Shown in pieces: positions 39,530 through 51,200 of a DNA stretch of 64,000 bases. The first letter of the stretch is position 1; each line of letters opens with the position of its first letter. The stretch is from an uncultured Myxococcales bacterium (GTDB lineage Bacteria; Myxococcota_A; UBA9042): contig CAIMLR010000042.1 in the NCBI GenBank assembly GCA_903842345.1, forward strand, positions 92,857-156,856, read 5' to 3'. The notes under the pieces were generated by a model. The model searched no databases. It saw nothing but the letters and a program-made list of their open reading frames with translations, and was not told the DNA's origin. Both the position numbers and the translations under genes were made by a program.

Positions 39530-41641
39530 CTACAGGCTGAGGACGATGCCGTCCAGGAGCACGACGGTGTCATACGAACTGTCGCCGACGTCATTGACCT
39601 CCCAGACCAGCGTCGCGCTCTCCGCGTTGGCCGGCAGCACGACGGTCGTGGACTGCCACGTCGTGCCCCAAACGTCGCCGTGGTCGAATTTCAGGTCGGT
39701 CTTGGTGATGCCGGGCGACTTGGCGCCGCACTTCGTGCAGGAGTTGGCGCCCGCCGGGCAGATGTCGTCGATCGTCCAGCGCGCCAGTTCCTGCTTGGTG
39801 CCGTCGGCCTGGAGGATGGAGACGACAAAGTAGTCCTGATACGTCGACCCGCAGTACTCCTCAAATTCCTCGCTGAACATGCGCCATTGGAACGTCAGGT
39901 TCTTGACGCCCTTGGTCGCGCACAGCGCTTTTTGCGCCCACGACGGCGCAGCGTAGGCCAGACCCGTCGACAGCCGCAGCATCTTCTTGCCCTCGGCGGG
40001 CATCGCCGGGCCCATCTGGTCGACGACGGTCACGTCGCCTTTCATGTCCCAGCCCTTGTCGCCGTCCTCAAAGCCAAACGTGTTGCAGTCCTTGCCGCCC
40101 GGGCAGAACGTGCATGCGCCAACGCACTTCAGGCCGTCGCAGGAGAGGCCCGCTTGGCACGTGCCGCAGCTGCCGTTGCAGCCGTCCGAGCCGCAGGTCT
40201 GGCCACTGCAATCCGGCGTGCAGATCTCGCAAAGCTGCGTGCTGCCGTTGCATGCCTGACCGCTCGGGCATGCCATGCACGGTTTGCCGCAGCCGTCGTC
40301 TGAACACTGGTTGGGCTGGCACACCGGCGTACACGGCTTGTCCTCCGGCACGTCAGCGCTGGTACTGTCCCCGCTGATGGCGTCGGCGTCGCCGCCGGTG
40401 CAGACGCCGTTGGCGCAAGTGCCGCCAGTGCCGCAATGCGCGTCTTTGAAGCACTGGATCGGGATGTCGACGATCTCGCAGGCCGACGTGTCGCACTTTG
40501 CGCCCAGGGCCGACGGCGTCAGGGTGAACGAGCCGGTCAGGACTTCCAGCGCGCCGGTGTTCAGCGCCGCCTTCCAGTTGATGGTCAGCGTCGTGCCGCC
40601 GGGAAAGCTGTCGTTGCAGAGCAAGCCGCCGCCGTCCGTGCCGCCGGCGATTGTGTAGCTGTTGCTCGGACCCCACGCTGACTTGATTTCAACGCCCGCG
40701 ACCGGGTTGCCGTTGTTCAATCGCGCGCGGAAGGTCACGCACGCCTTCTTGTCGGCGGGCACTTTGTAGAAGCCGTCGACATTCCACCACGACATGTGCG
40801 GCAACTCCGCGACCCATTGGCCACTGACCTTGGCAGCCGCGCCTTCCAGTTCCCACAGGCCCGAAACCGGGTTGCCAAAGAAGAGCCCCGCGCTCTCCGG
40901 GTCCGCATCCAGCGCCGGCAGCTTGAGCTGCAGCGTCTTGCCCGTCGCGACCTGCAGCTTCTCGCCCTGCGCCGTTGCGGTAATCTCGACCATGCCGTAG
41001 GTGATGAGCGGCGTCAGGTCTGTCCCATCCAGCGCCTGCAGCAGGAACGGCGCGTTGTCGATCGCCTGCGCGGGCGGCAGCCACGTCGTCACAACGTCGA
41101 CCGTGCCCTGAACCTGCTGGCCACTGAGCGTGATCAGCGCGCCCGCCGGGAAATTGAGCGTGACGCCCGTGGCGATCTGCACGGTGCCACCCGCTGTCGC
41201 ATCCACGGTGCCGGTCGCGGTGACCGGCGTCATGACCGCGCTGACGGTCACGAGGTGGCCGCCCTTTGTTGCGACTTGCCGATAGGCCGGCGCGTACCCG
41301 GTCTTTTCCAGCACGACGACCGCAGTCGTCGCAGTGCCGATGTCCAATGTGAACTTGCCGCCAGCGTCGCTCGTCGTCGCCGCCGTCCCCACGTGCACGC
41401 TCACGCCCGCGAGCGGAACCGCGCCCGGCGCGTAGACGACGCCCCACACGTGCGCGCCAGTCGGCTGCACCGGCGCATCGGAGAGCGTATCGACGAGGCC
41501 TTCACCCACGCTGTCCGTCACGCCCCCGCCGCCGCCGCCGGACGAATTCCCGCACGCGCCAAGCGTCAACGTCAGTCCAACTGCCACAAGCCACAAGGAC
41601 GACTGAGCACCGCGCGCGGACAACGGGAATTGCGTGATCAT
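39530..41641 (-). CDS. Secreted lipoprotein with carboxypeptidase-regulatory-like beta-sandwich domains and a central Cys knot
   Basis: Lipobox 'LTLGAC'. 'GVVYAPGAVPLAGVSVHVGTAATTSDAGGKFTL' is CarbopepD_reg-like. Central 'CTPVCQPNQCSDDGCGKPCMACPSGQAC…' cluster. The start used is ATG 41641. Confidence 0.55.
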   Translation of the reverse strand: MITQFPLSARGAQSSLWLVAVGLTLTLGACGNSSGGGGGGVTDSVGEGLVDTLSDAPVQPTGAHVWGVVYAPGAVPLAGVSVHVGTAATTSDAGGKFTLDIGTATTAVVVLEKTGYAPAYRQVATKGGHLVTVSAVMTPVTATGTVDATAGGTVQIATGVTLNFPAGALITLSGQQVQGTVDVVTTWLPPAQAIDNAPFLLQALDGTDLTPLITYGMVEITATAQGEKLQVATGKTLQLKLPALDADPESAGLFFGNPVSGLWELEGAAAKVSGQWVAELPHMSWWNVDGFYKVPADKKACVTFRARLNNGNPVAGVEIKSAWGPSNSYTIAGGTDGGGLLCNDSFPGGTTLTINWKAALNTGALEVLTGSFTLTPSALGAKCDTSACEIVDIPIQCFKDAHCGTGGTCANGVCTGGDADAISGDSTSADVPEDKPCTPVCQPNQCSDDGCGKPCMACPSGQACNGSTQLCEICTPDCSGQTCGSDGCNGSCGTCQAGLSCDGLKCVGACTFCPGGKDCNTFGFEDGDKGWDMKGDVTVVDQMGPAMPAEGKKMLRLSTGLAYAAPSWAQKALCATKGVKNLTFQWRMFSEEFEEYCGSTYQDYFVVSILQADGTKQELARWTIDDICPAGANSCTKCGAKSPGITKTDLKFDHGDVWGTTWQSTTVVLPANAESATLVWEVNDVGDSSYDTVVLLDGIVLSL

Positions 41642-41777
41642 GACAGGCTCCTGTTGGCGGTCGCAAAAACGAACCGTCTGAACGGGAACATAGGCGTGAG
41701 TCCACGGCGAATGTCGGAAAATTGTCACAGCTTCCGGACCGCTGCGGTCCGCTACTTGGGCTGCAAGAACACCGCGG

Positions 41778-42674
41778 TCAGGCCGCCAACGCCGCGGTCA
41801 GCGCGGCGGTGAGCTCCGGATACAGCCAGACAAAACCGCCGCGCTGCGCCGCTTCAGGCACGACGCGCTGACCCGCGAGCAGGACTTCATCGGCCATCTG
41901 ACCAAACGCCAGCCGCAGGGCAAAGGCCGGCGCGGGCAGGAACGCCGGACGGTGGAGGATCGCGCCGAGCGCGCGGGCAAAATCGCCCTGGCGGACGGGC
42001 TCGGGGGAAACGGCGTTGATCGGACCGGCGAGCCGGTCATCGGTCAAGGCGAATGCAATCAGCCGCAGGAGATCGTCCCGGTGCACCCAGGACAGCCACT
42101 GCATGCCATCGCCCACCGGACCGCCCACGCCCGCGCGGAACACCGGCAGCAGCTTGCCGAGCATGCCACCTTCAGCGGAGAGCACGACGCCGATGCGCAG
42201 CAGCGCCACGCGCATGCCCGCAGCCTGTGCCGTCAGCGCCGCCGCCTCCCAATCGCGACACACGTCGGCGAGAAAGCCGCGTCCCAAGGGGCTGGCTTCC
42301 GTCAGCACCGTCTCGCGCCCATCGCCGTAGCAGCCGATCGCGGATGCCGACACCAGCACCTTGGGCGGCTCCGGCATCGTCGCCAGTGCAGCCACCAACT
42401 GCCGCGTCAACGCGCCGCGTGTCTGTTCAATCTGCGCCTTCTGTTGCGCCGTCCAGCGCTTGTCCGCAACTGGCGCGCCGGCCAAATGGACAACGGCATC
42501 CCAGCGCAACGCCGGATCAAAGCGAAACTGCGGGTCCGCCGATAGCCAGAGCACGTCGTGATCATCGGCGGGTGGCGTGCGCTGCAACCGCCAGACTTCA
42601 TGGCCGGCCGTGCGCAGGAACGGCACGAGCGCGCGACCGACGAGCCCTGAGGCCCCTGTGACTGCAATCCGCAT
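41778..42674 (-). CDS. TIGR01777/YfcH-type NAD-dependent epimerase/dehydratase-family protein
   Basis: N-terminal 'IAVTGASGLVGRALV' Rossmann motif and a C-terminal DUF1731-like region. Confidence 0.8.
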   Translation of the reverse strand: MRIAVTGASGLVGRALVPFLRTAGHEVWRLQRTPPADDHDVLWLSADPQFRFDPALRWDAVVHLAGAPVADKRWTAQQKAQIEQTRGALTRQLVAALATMPEPPKVLVSASAIGCYGDGRETVLTEASPLGRGFLADVCRDWEAAALTAQAAGMRVALLRIGVVLSAEGGMLGKLLPVFRAGVGGPVGDGMQWLSWVHRDDLLRLIAFALTDDRLAGPINAVSPEPVRQGDFARALGAILHRPAFLPAPAFALRLAFGQMADEVLLAGQRVVPEAAQRGGFVWLYPELTAALTAALAA

Positions 42675-42779
42675 CGTCGACTCCTGCTTGGGCGGTTCAG
42701 TCCCCTACGCTGACCGAATTCTGCGATCAAGCGACCGGAAGATGAGATGCGACCGGGTCCTCAACGATGCGCGGCGGCG

Positions 42780-43286
42780 TCAAACCCCGTGCTCGCTCCG
42801 GTCCGCCGCGTGCAAATCCAGCGTCGTCACGCTCGCCATCAGCGTGCGCTCCATCGCTTCCATCGCCTCCGCCTCTGCGATTTCCTGATGGTCGTGCCCG
42901 CACAGGTGCAGCAGCCCGTGGGTCGCGAGGAACAGCACTTCCTCGTCCAGACGATACTGCGCCATCTCCGGCCGGCCCGCGTTGGCGCCATGGACGATTG
43001 CGACCTGCCGCTCCGCCGTGTCCAGCGAAATGACAATGTCGCCGAGGATTTCCACGCCCACGTCCGGGCTATCCGTCTCGTCAAAGGCGAACGACAGCAC
43101 GTCGGTCACCGTGTCCACGCCGCGCCACTGCTTGTTCAGCGCGCGGATCTCGGCGTCGTCGACGAGGCTCACCGACACCTCCGCGTGCGCACGGCCCAGC
43201 TTCTTCAAGGCCGTCCGCAGGTGCTGGTTGAGGCGCTTGCGGTCCACGCGCAAGTTCGGGTGACGGTTGTCGGTCGCAACGGGCAT
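42780..43286 (-). CDS. ybeY: Endoribonuclease YbeY (rRNA maturation factor)
   Basis: The zinc-binding 'HGLLHLCGHDH' motif is present. Confidence 0.9.
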   Translation of the reverse strand: MPVATDNRHPNLRVDRKRLNQHLRTALKKLGRAHAEVSVSLVDDAEIRALNKQWRGVDTVTDVLSFAFDETDSPDVGVEILGDIVISLDTAERQVAIVHGANAGRPEMAQYRLDEEVLFLATHGLLHLCGHDHQEIAEAEAMEAMERTLMASVTTLDLHAADRSEHGV

Positions 43287-43289
43287 GGC

Positions 43290-46010
43290 TCAGGTCCTCG
43301 GCGGCTGGTGGCGCGCCTGACGCGGCGCGGGCGATTTCTGCGCGACGAGCGCCGTCGGTGCCTCGGGCTCGCCAAGGTCCATTCCCGCGGCCGTTTCCAG
43401 CGTCGCCACCTGACCCAGACTGTTCAGCGTCGGGCGGTCGTGCTGGCTTGTCATGCTCAACGGATTGTCGATCGTCGGATTGCGCCGCGTGATCGGCCGC
43501 ACGCCCACGCCGCCATCGCTCATGGCCGCGACGCGCCGCAGATCGTGGTCGGTCGCCATCGGCAAGTGGCTCTCGGTCCGGCTGTGGGACAGCGCCAACG
43601 CCTGCTGCACCGGCGGCAAGTACGTCGGCCGCGTGTGGTGCATGCCCAGCAGCGTCTTGACGAAGGCCTGCTCCACCAGCGCCAGTTCGCGCAGCGTGAG
43701 GTCGCATTCGTCCAGTTGGCCGTCCTCCAGCTTCCCGGCAATGATGCGCTTGACGAGCGCCTGCACGCGCACCGGATTCGGATCGGGCAGCGCCTTGGTC
43801 GCGGCCTCCACGGAATCCGCGATCATCAGCATCGCCGTCTCGCGCCGCTGCGGCTTGGGACCGGGGTAGCGGAAATCGCTTTCCTGCACTTCTTCCCCGG
43901 TTTCCAGCGCCTCGCGCTGGGCGCGGTGGTAGAAATGGACGATCAGGCTCGTGCCGTGATGTTGGGGCACAAAATCGATGATCTCGTCGGGCAGCCGGAA
44001 GTCCTTGAGCAACTTGATGCCGTCCTTGACGTGGGACTTGATGATGAGCGCGGACAAGTGCGGCTTCAGGCGATCATGCGGATTTTCGCCGCCCTGGTTC
44101 TCGGCAAAGTAGCGCGCTGCCTTGGTCTTGCCGAGGTCGTGGTAATACGCGCCAACGCGCGCCAGCAGGCCATTGGCGCCCACCGCGTCGCAGCCCGCCT
44201 GCGCCAGATTGCCGACCATCACCGAGTGGGTAAACGTGCCCGGAGCCTCCGTCGCCAGCAACCGCAGCGCCGGGTGGTTCATGCTCGCGAGCTCCAAGAG
44301 CTTGATGTCCGTGAGCCGATTGAAGGTCAGTTCCAGCACAGGCGTCAGCGCCGTCAGCATCAGGTACGTCGTCAGGCCGGTGCCCGCGCCCATGGCCAGG
44401 ACCAGCGCGTTCTGCTCGTCCAGCAGGCCGGCCGTCGGCGTCGTGAAGAGCACCACCGCGGCGGCGCACAGCACACCCGAGCCGGCGATCATCATGGCGC
44501 CGCGCAGCAAATCGACGCGCGTGCGAAAGCGCCGGGACGCCTGCACGCCCGCGAGGCCGACGACCAACGCCAACACCGCCTGCACGCCATCCAGCCCCGG
44601 GGACGCGCGCACGAACGACGAGTTGTGCGCCATCATCGCGGCAATGCCGGCGCACACGAGCGCAAACGGCGCGGCGGTGAACGGCTTCAAGAAGAGCGCC
44701 GCGAGCGACGGACCGAGGGCCATCGGCATCGCCACCAGCCACATTTCTGCGGTCAGCGTGCCGCCGGGCTCAACCAGCGCTTCACCCAAAATCAGCCACC
44801 CGCGCAAGGTCGCCGCGTGGAGCACGAGCACGGCCGCGAGCAGGCCAATGTCGCGCGGCCGATGGCGGAAATGGTGCAGGTGGCGGTTGGCGAACAGCGT
44901 GAAAAGTCCCAGCACCACGGCCAGCAGCAGCGCGGTCGCGGCATACGGACGCGCCAGCGCATCGCCACGCCAGCCGCGTTGGGCCGCCGCCACGCGTTCC
45001 TGCACCAGCGCTGTGACCATGTCCCCGCGTTTCACAAGCGACTGGCCGCGCGTGTACCGCACCATCCGCGTCTTGGGCACATTGGCCAGCGCCACCGTCT
45101 CCGCCGCCCGCGTCGCGTCCAAATCGCGCTGGAACGTCGGCTCCACGAGGCCGCGCGCCAGTTGCCGAACCGCGGCCTGCAGCACCGGCTCATCCAAGCG
45201 CGACGGCTTCTTCTGGCGGATGAACTCCGAGGCGAAGTCCTCGGTCTGCCGCAGCGCCTGCTCCACGTCGACGACTTTTTGCGGCATGGACCGGCGATCG
45301 TACCGGGCGCCATTGCCGGTCTCCAGGACGCCGCGGCCGAGGTCGTCCTCAAAGCGGTCAATTTCCCGGACAATCCGCTGACTCAGCAGCACCTGGGCGA
45401 CGTCCGTGAGCAGCAGCTCCACTTCTTCAGCAAAGCCAGCCTTGCGCAGCGTCGCAAAGACTTCCGGCCCCAGCTCGCTGTGGCGAGGCGCGACGGCGGC
45501 TTCAAACTCCGGCCGCAGGCGGAGCAGCTCTTCTTCATACGCCAGATCCAGTTCCTGGATCGGATCGCCGCCGTCCAGTCGGTGCGGATGGCCGATGGTC
45601 CGCGACGTTTCAACCAGCCGTTCGCGATCCGCAACGTACAGCCGGTACCGCGGCCGCACGAGCCGAAAAGCCGCGTGAATGGCGTCGATCCGCCGGACGG
45701 CCGCGTCTTTGTCAAAGGCGTAGCGCAGCGGCACCGCGGCAACCGCGGCATCCTGACGTTGCGCCAAATCGGCGACCGGCTCGTCCGCGTCAAAATCGCG
45801 CAGTGCCACGAGATCGCGGCTGGCCGGCCCCAGCGGCGGCAGTTCCATCGACACGCGCGCCGGACCGACGAGGAAAATCAGCAGGAGCCACAGGCCAATG
45901 GCCAGCGCGGCCAGACCCAGCCGGTAACGCCGCTCCTGACGGCGCAGGCGACCCTGCTCCTTGTCGCCGGGCAAGCCTGCGGGCGCTGCGGTGCGCTTTC
46001 CTGGCTTCAC
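43290..46010 (-). CDS. 7TM-receptor HD-domain phosphohydrolase (7TMR-HDED family)
   Basis: N-terminal extracytoplasmic domain, then 7 TM helices, then the C-terminal HD domain 'YYHDLGK'. It lies between phoH and ybeY, as in Firmicutes yqfF. Confidence 0.85.
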   Translation of the reverse strand: MKPGKRTAAPAGLPGDKEQGRLRRQERRYRLGLAALAIGLWLLLIFLVGPARVSMELPPLGPASRDLVALRDFDADEPVADLAQRQDAAVAAVPLRYAFDKDAAVRRIDAIHAAFRLVRPRYRLYVADRERLVETSRTIGHPHRLDGGDPIQELDLAYEEELLRLRPEFEAAVAPRHSELGPEVFATLRKAGFAEEVELLLTDVAQVLLSQRIVREIDRFEDDLGRGVLETGNGARYDRRSMPQKVVDVEQALRQTEDFASEFIRQKKPSRLDEPVLQAAVRQLARGLVEPTFQRDLDATRAAETVALANVPKTRMVRYTRGQSLVKRGDMVTALVQERVAAAQRGWRGDALARPYAATALLLAVVLGLFTLFANRHLHHFRHRPRDIGLLAAVLVLHAATLRGWLILGEALVEPGGTLTAEMWLVAMPMALGPSLAALFLKPFTAAPFALVCAGIAAMMAHNSSFVRASPGLDGVQAVLALVVGLAGVQASRRFRTRVDLLRGAMMIAGSGVLCAAAVVLFTTPTAGLLDEQNALVLAMGAGTGLTTYLMLTALTPVLELTFNRLTDIKLLELASMNHPALRLLATEAPGTFTHSVMVGNLAQAGCDAVGANGLLARVGAYYHDLGKTKAARYFAENQGGENPHDRLKPHLSALIIKSHVKDGIKLLKDFRLPDEIIDFVPQHHGTSLIVHFYHRAQREALETGEEVQESDFRYPGPKPQRRETAMLMIADSVEAATKALPDPNPVRVQALVKRIIAGKLEDGQLDECDLTLRELALVEQAFVKTLLGMHHTRPTYLPPVQQALALSHSRTESHLPMATDHDLRRVAAMSDGGVGVRPITRRNPTIDNPLSMTSQHDRPTLNSLGQVATLETAAGMDLGEPEAPTALVAQKSPAPRQARHQPPRT

Positions 46011-46034
46011 GGGCGTCTCTCCGGTGCGGTCAAA

Positions 46035-47180
46035 TCAGCGACGGCGGGGCGGCGGGCCACTGGGCTCCGGGTCGCCATGTACCTGCCATGCGGCGATGAT
46101 ACGCCCAACCAACGGATGACGCACCACGTCGTTGAGGCCAAGCTGCGCAATCGCAATCCCATCCACACCGGACAAGGTCCGCAGCGCGTGGGTCAAGCCG
46201 GACGGCGTGCCGCGCGGCAGATCGGATTGCGACGGATCGCCGGTCACGACGATGCGCGTGTGCTCGCCCATGCGGGTCAGCAGCATCAGCATCTGCTCCA
46301 CCGTGCAATTCTGCGCTTCGTCGAGGATCACAAACGCATTCGACAGCGTCCGCCCGCGCATGAACGCCAGCGGCGCCACTTCAATCTGTCCGCGGGCGTT
46401 CAGACGCTCAAAGCGGTCCTCGTCCACGAGATCGCGCAGCGCGTCGTAGAGAGGCCGCAAGTACGGCGTGACTTTTTCATTGAGATCACCGGGCAAAAAG
46501 CCCAAATGCTCGCCGGCTTCCACCGCCGGCCGGGTCAACACGATGCGCTTGACGTCGCGGCGATGCATCGCACCCAGCGCGGCAGCCATCGCGAGGTAGG
46601 TCTTGCCAGAGCCAGCGGGCCCCGAGGCGATCACAAGTTCATTGCGGCGCATCGCTTCCACGTAGCGCTTCTGCCCTTCCGTGAGCGCGGTGACCGGGCG
46701 GATGCCGTCGCCCAAATCGCCCTCAGCGGCGAGAATCGATTGCATGACGCGGCCCGGATGCGTGGCGTGACGCGCCGCGGCCAGGGAGCGCACCGCCGCG
46801 CCGGTCGTGGACGTGCCGCCACCCGCCGCCGGGACAAAATCCAGGCTCTGGGCGCTGAACAGGCGCTCCAGCTCGTTTTCCGTCACGTCGCCGCCTGCGC
46901 GCGCGCGGACGAACGCGGAGCGCAGCAATTCGGCGCTGGCCTTGACCGCGTCGGGGTCGCCAATCAGGTGGACGTCATGGCCGCGGGCGATCGATTGGAC
47001 GCCGAGGCGCGATTCCAGCCAGCGCAGGTTGCGATCGCGTTCCCCGCACAAGATCCGCAGCGCTTCAGTGTCGTCAAAGCGAAGGGTGTAGCGGCGATCG
47101 TCCGTGACGTCTTCATGAGCAAGGGATGCAGAAATGGGCACTTTGGGGTCCGCCTTGGCGTTTGGGCTGCGATCGGCCAT
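46035..47180 (-). CDS. phoH: PhoH-like ATPase (YbeZ)
   Basis: Walker A '[13 protein letters not shown]' and conserved 'VILDEAQN' / 'VVTGDPSQ' motifs. Confidence 0.9.
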   Translation of the reverse strand: MADRSPNAKADPKVPISASLAHEDVTDDRRYTLRFDDTEALRILCGERDRNLRWLESRLGVQSIARGHDVHLIGDPDAVKASAELLRSAFVRARAGGDVTENELERLFSAQSLDFVPAAGGGTSTTGAAVRSLAAARHATHPGRVMQSILAAEGDLGDGIRPVTALTEGQKRYVEAMRRNELVIASGPAGSGKTYLAMAAALGAMHRRDVKRIVLTRPAVEAGEHLGFLPGDLNEKVTPYLRPLYDALRDLVDEDRFERLNARGQIEVAPLAFMRGRTLSNAFVILDEAQNCTVEQMLMLLTRMGEHTRIVVTGDPSQSDLPRGTPSGLTHALRTLSGVDGIAIAQLGLNDVVRHPLVGRIIAAWQVHGDPEPSGPPPRRR

Positions 47181-47361
47181 GCACTCCCACTGTGGCAGCC
47201 ATCAATGGCGCCGTCCCCATGCAACAGGGTAGCGGATTCCCGGGGCATTCGCCACTGGCACGGCGTGATTGCCCCGGCGCGCAGGCGCAGTCCCGCTCGG
47301 GGCGCCGTAGACGCGCCGCTGGCGCTTGCGTAGTATTGCAGCCCCAATCGCGGAGATCACC

Positions 47362-47844
47362 ATGGCCAACGTCAACAAAGTCACTCTTATCGGTCGCTTG
47401 GGCAACACGCCTGAGCTGAAGTACACGACCTCCAACCACGCGGTCACGGAACTGCGCATCGCCGTGAACCGCGTCTACACGGACAAGGCCGGACAACGCC
47501 AGGAAAAGACCGACTGGTTTGGCGTGGAAGTCTGGGACAAGCAAGCGGAAAACGCCGAACGCTACCTGCAGAAGGGCCGCGAAGTCTACGTGGAAGGCCG
47601 CCTCGCGACCGACGAGTGGGTGGACAAGGACAGCGGCCAGAAGCGCACCAAGATCAAGATTGTCGCCGACACCTGGCAGTTTATTGGCAGCCGCGGTGAC
47701 GGCGAAGGCCGCCCGGAAGGCGGTGGCGGTGGCGGCGGTGACCGTCCGCGTCCGCAGGGTGGCCCGCGCCAGACCGGCCCCGCGCCGGGCATGGACGATC
47801 CGACGCCGGACGACATGGGTCCAGAAGACGACATTCCGTTCTAG
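47362..47844 (+). CDS. ssb: Single-stranded DNA-binding protein
   Basis: OB-fold 'NKVTLIGRLG', a Gly-rich linker and an acidic C-terminal 'DDIPF' tip. The true start is 'MANVNK' at 47362. Confidence 0.9.
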   Translation: MANVNKVTLIGRLGNTPELKYTTSNHAVTELRIAVNRVYTDKAGQRQEKTDWFGVEVWDKQAENAERYLQKGREVYVEGRLATDEWVDKDSGQKRTKIKIVADTWQFIGSRGDGEGRPEGGGGGGGDRPRPQGGPRQTGPAPGMDDPTPDDMGPEDDIPF

Positions 47845-47853
47845 GCGCCCGCC

Positions 47854-48180
47854 ATGCCACGCCCCAACGGCTGCATCGTGCAGCACCGCTACCGGGTTGA
47901 CCCGCTGGATCGCGCCGCCCTCGTCGCGCTCCTGGCCGACGTCTGCGACCATTCCGTCGACCTGGGCGCCGCGCATTTTGAAGCCTGGCAGGACGAGGAC
48001 GATCCGTGGCAATGGACCGAAGTGCACCGCTTCGATTCCTGGAGCCACTACCAGCGCTTGGCGCAGAAGCCTCTCGATCAAGCGATGGTGGACACGTACG
48101 AAGCGCTGGCCAAGTTGCAGATCGGCGGGGCCGCAGCCGTGGAAACCCGTACGTGGACGCCGGTCCTCGCTTCTGAGTAA
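47854..48180 (+). CDS. Hypothetical protein (108 aa)
   Basis: Compact ORF right after ssb with balanced composition. Confidence 0.4.
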   Translation: MPRPNGCIVQHRYRVDPLDRAALVALLADVCDHSVDLGAAHFEAWQDEDDPWQWTEVHRFDSWSHYQRLAQKPLDQAMVDTYEALAKLQIGGAAAVETRTWTPVLASE

Positions 48181-48239
48181 CGACGCGCGGTGAATTCGGC
48201 TAAGCTGACGGCAACGGCGCCTGCCGCAGCGGATGGTTT

Positions 48240-51200
48240 ATGCACTGCCCTAAGTCCAGCTTGGCCACGCCTGCGCGGTTTCGCCGCCGTCGGCTGTTTG
48301 GATACCTGCTCGGCGCGCTTGGCCTGCTGGGCAGTTGCGACGACACGCCGATTGGCACCGATGGCATCGCCACCGACGCGATCTCGGACGTGCCAGCCAA
48401 CATCGGCGACGTTGCGTTCCTCGACAGCGGCCCCGTGGACACCGGCCCGGACGCGTGGGGCTGCACGCCGGGCAGTTGCGCGACCGGCTACAGCTGCGTC
48501 GCGCCGGGCGGCGACGTCACGCCAACCTGCCTCCCCGATGGCGCATTTGCCTGCGCGAGCTGCACCAGCGACGCCGTTTGCCTCGGCGGCAGCTGCACCG
48601 CGGTCGGCGCCGAGGGCAATTTCTGCCTCATTCCGTGCGTCGCCACCGGCAACGGCTCCAGCTGTCCCGCCGGGATGAACTGCGCCCCGCGCGGGGAAGG
48701 CCGCGTCTGCGTTCCTGCCAACGGCTCGTGCACCTGCCGCCCCGGCAACGACGGCGCGATCGCCTTGTGCAGCGACCTGACCGCCACCACGGGCGCGAGC
48801 TGCGTCGGCCAACGCACCTGCCACAGCGCCAGCGGCTGGACCGCCTGCGACGCCGTCGCGCCTGCGCCTGAGACCTGCAACGGCTTTGACGACAACTGCA
48901 ACGGCGCCACGGACGAGAACCTGAGCGGCGCCCCGTGCGGCGTTGGCCACTGCAAGGGCCAGATCCAGTGCAAGGGCGGCCAATCGGCGTGCGACGGCGC
49001 GGGCGCGATCACAGAGACCTGCAACGGTCAGGACGACGACTGCGACGGCGTGACGGACAACGGCTTTGTCCAAAACGGCCTGTACGTCAGCGACGGCAAC
49101 TGCGGGGCGTGCGGCAACAGCTGCGCGGGGGACATCGCCAACGGCACCGTGAGCTGCCAGGTCATCGGCGGCAAGGCGATCTGCGCGGCCGCGACGTGCG
49201 ACCCGGGCTTCTGGCGCGCCTCGCCCAAGAACTGCGCGCCGACGGCCGTGTTCTCGTGTGGCACATGCCTGACATCAGACGATTGCGGCGGCGACCCGTG
49301 CGCCGGCGGCTTCTGCCATCCGATCTGCACGCCGAGCGCGCCGTGCTTGCCCGGCTACGACTGCGTCGCGGGCGTCAACGGCGACGCGAGCACGTGCTCG
49401 CCCAAGAGCGGCAGTTGCTCATGCACACCCGCCAACGGCGGCGGCGTCCAGTCGTGCGGCCACAGCAACAGCTTTGGCACGTGCCTGGGCCAGCAAATGT
49501 GCAACCCGGCAAGCGGCTGGAGCCCATGCTCCGCGCCGACGCCGATGGCGGAAAAGTGCAACGGCGAGGACGACGACTGCGACGGCGCGACCGACGAGGA
49601 GGTCGGCGCAGGGGACGCGTGCGACGTCACCAACAAGAACGGCACGTGCCCGGGCCTCTGGGCATGCAACGGCGCGGCGGGCTTGTTCTGCGCCGGAAGC
49701 GCGCCCAAACCGGACAGCTGCAACGGCCTGGACGACGACTGCAACGGCTTGACCGACGACGCGTGGCTCAACCCAGCGACGCTGCAATACGACAAGATGG
49801 ACGCTTGCGGCGCGTGCGGCGTGATCTGCCCACCCGCGCCGTTGAGCGCGGAAGTGACGTGCGCGGGCAGCCCGGCGCCAGCGTGCCAGACGAGCTGCAC
49901 CCCGGGCTGGGTCGACATGGACGGCACCTTGGACGATGGCTGCGAGTGCTACTTCCAGTCCAAGACCGACTTGCCGGACGGGGTCGACCAGAACTGCGAC
50001 GGCGTCGACGGCGACGCGCTGGACGCGATCTTTGTCGCCAAGATTGGCTCGGACGCCAACCCCGGCACGCGGCTCTTTCCGGTCGCGAGCATTCCCCACG
50101 CGCTCGCGCTGGCGGCAGCTGGCAACAAACGGGACGTCTACGTGGCGGGCGGCGTGTACGACGGCTCCGTGGACATGGTCGCCGGCATTTCCATCTACGG
50201 CGGCTACAAGCCAGACTTCGCCGCGCGCGATCCGGTCAGCTACCAGAGCGCGATCGTCGGCAGTGTCCCGGCGAGCGGCCCCACCGCGGCGGTGCGCTGC
50301 GACGCCATCCAAGGCATCGACCAGATGCCATCGCGGCTCGACGGATTCACGCTCATCGGCGCGGACGCCAAGGCGCTCGGCAGCAGTTCCTACGGCGTCT
50401 GGTCCAACGCCTGCGACGGCCGTTTTCAAGTGACCTACTGCCAGATCCAGGCCGGCGACGGCGCGGCGGGGATTCCCGGCGGCGCCGGCCAAAACGGCGT
50501 ACCGGGGGTCAGCGGCCTGGGCGGCGCAACCGCGCATGACGTCGGCCATGAAGGCTGCGGCGTCAACGACTTCGCCCCGGGCGGCAGCGGCGGCAAAGCA
50601 GCGCCGTGCGACGGCGTCGACGTCAGCGGCGGCGCGGGCGGGACGGCAGTGTGCCCGGCGTACGACGAGGACAACCCCGCGCCGCAGTGCCCCATTGCGC
50701 CGTATGTGCAGACCAAGCTGCCGCAGGAGCCGGGCGTGGCGGGCCTCGGGAAAGCGGGCGGCGCGGGTGGCGCATCGGGGGCGGATAGCTACATCGACTC
50801 CAACAAGGGCGTCGCGACAACCTGCAGCAATGGCAAAGCGGGCTGCAACCTCTGCTACGTGCCGGTCCTGCCGCGCGACGGCGTGGACGGCCAGGACGGC
50901 CAAATGGGCACCAGCGGCCCAGCCGGCGTGGGCGGCGGGATGGCCGCGGGCAGCGTCGCCAACGGCGCGTGGCAGCCCAGTGCGGGCGGCACCGGCGGTG
51001 GCGGACAACCGGGCAGCGGCGGCGGCGGCGGCGGCGCAGCGGGCGGCGTGGAAGTTCACGATTGCGGCGGGACCTCCGCGCAATACACGGACGTCGGCGG
51101 CAGCGGCGGCGGCGGCGGCTCCGGCGGCTGTGGCGGCTCCGGCGGCTTGGGCGGCGGCGGCGGCGGCGGCTCGTTCGCGGTCTTCGTCGTCGCGACGGCG

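Noticed and set aside
42747-47333. 1,528-aa ORF on the + strand spanning ybeY, the 7TM-HD gene and phoH
   Set aside because: It is antisense to three genes with clear conserved motifs. The composition is extremely Arg/Ala/Gly-rich, typical of the non-coding frame in 70% GC DNA, and there is no motif.
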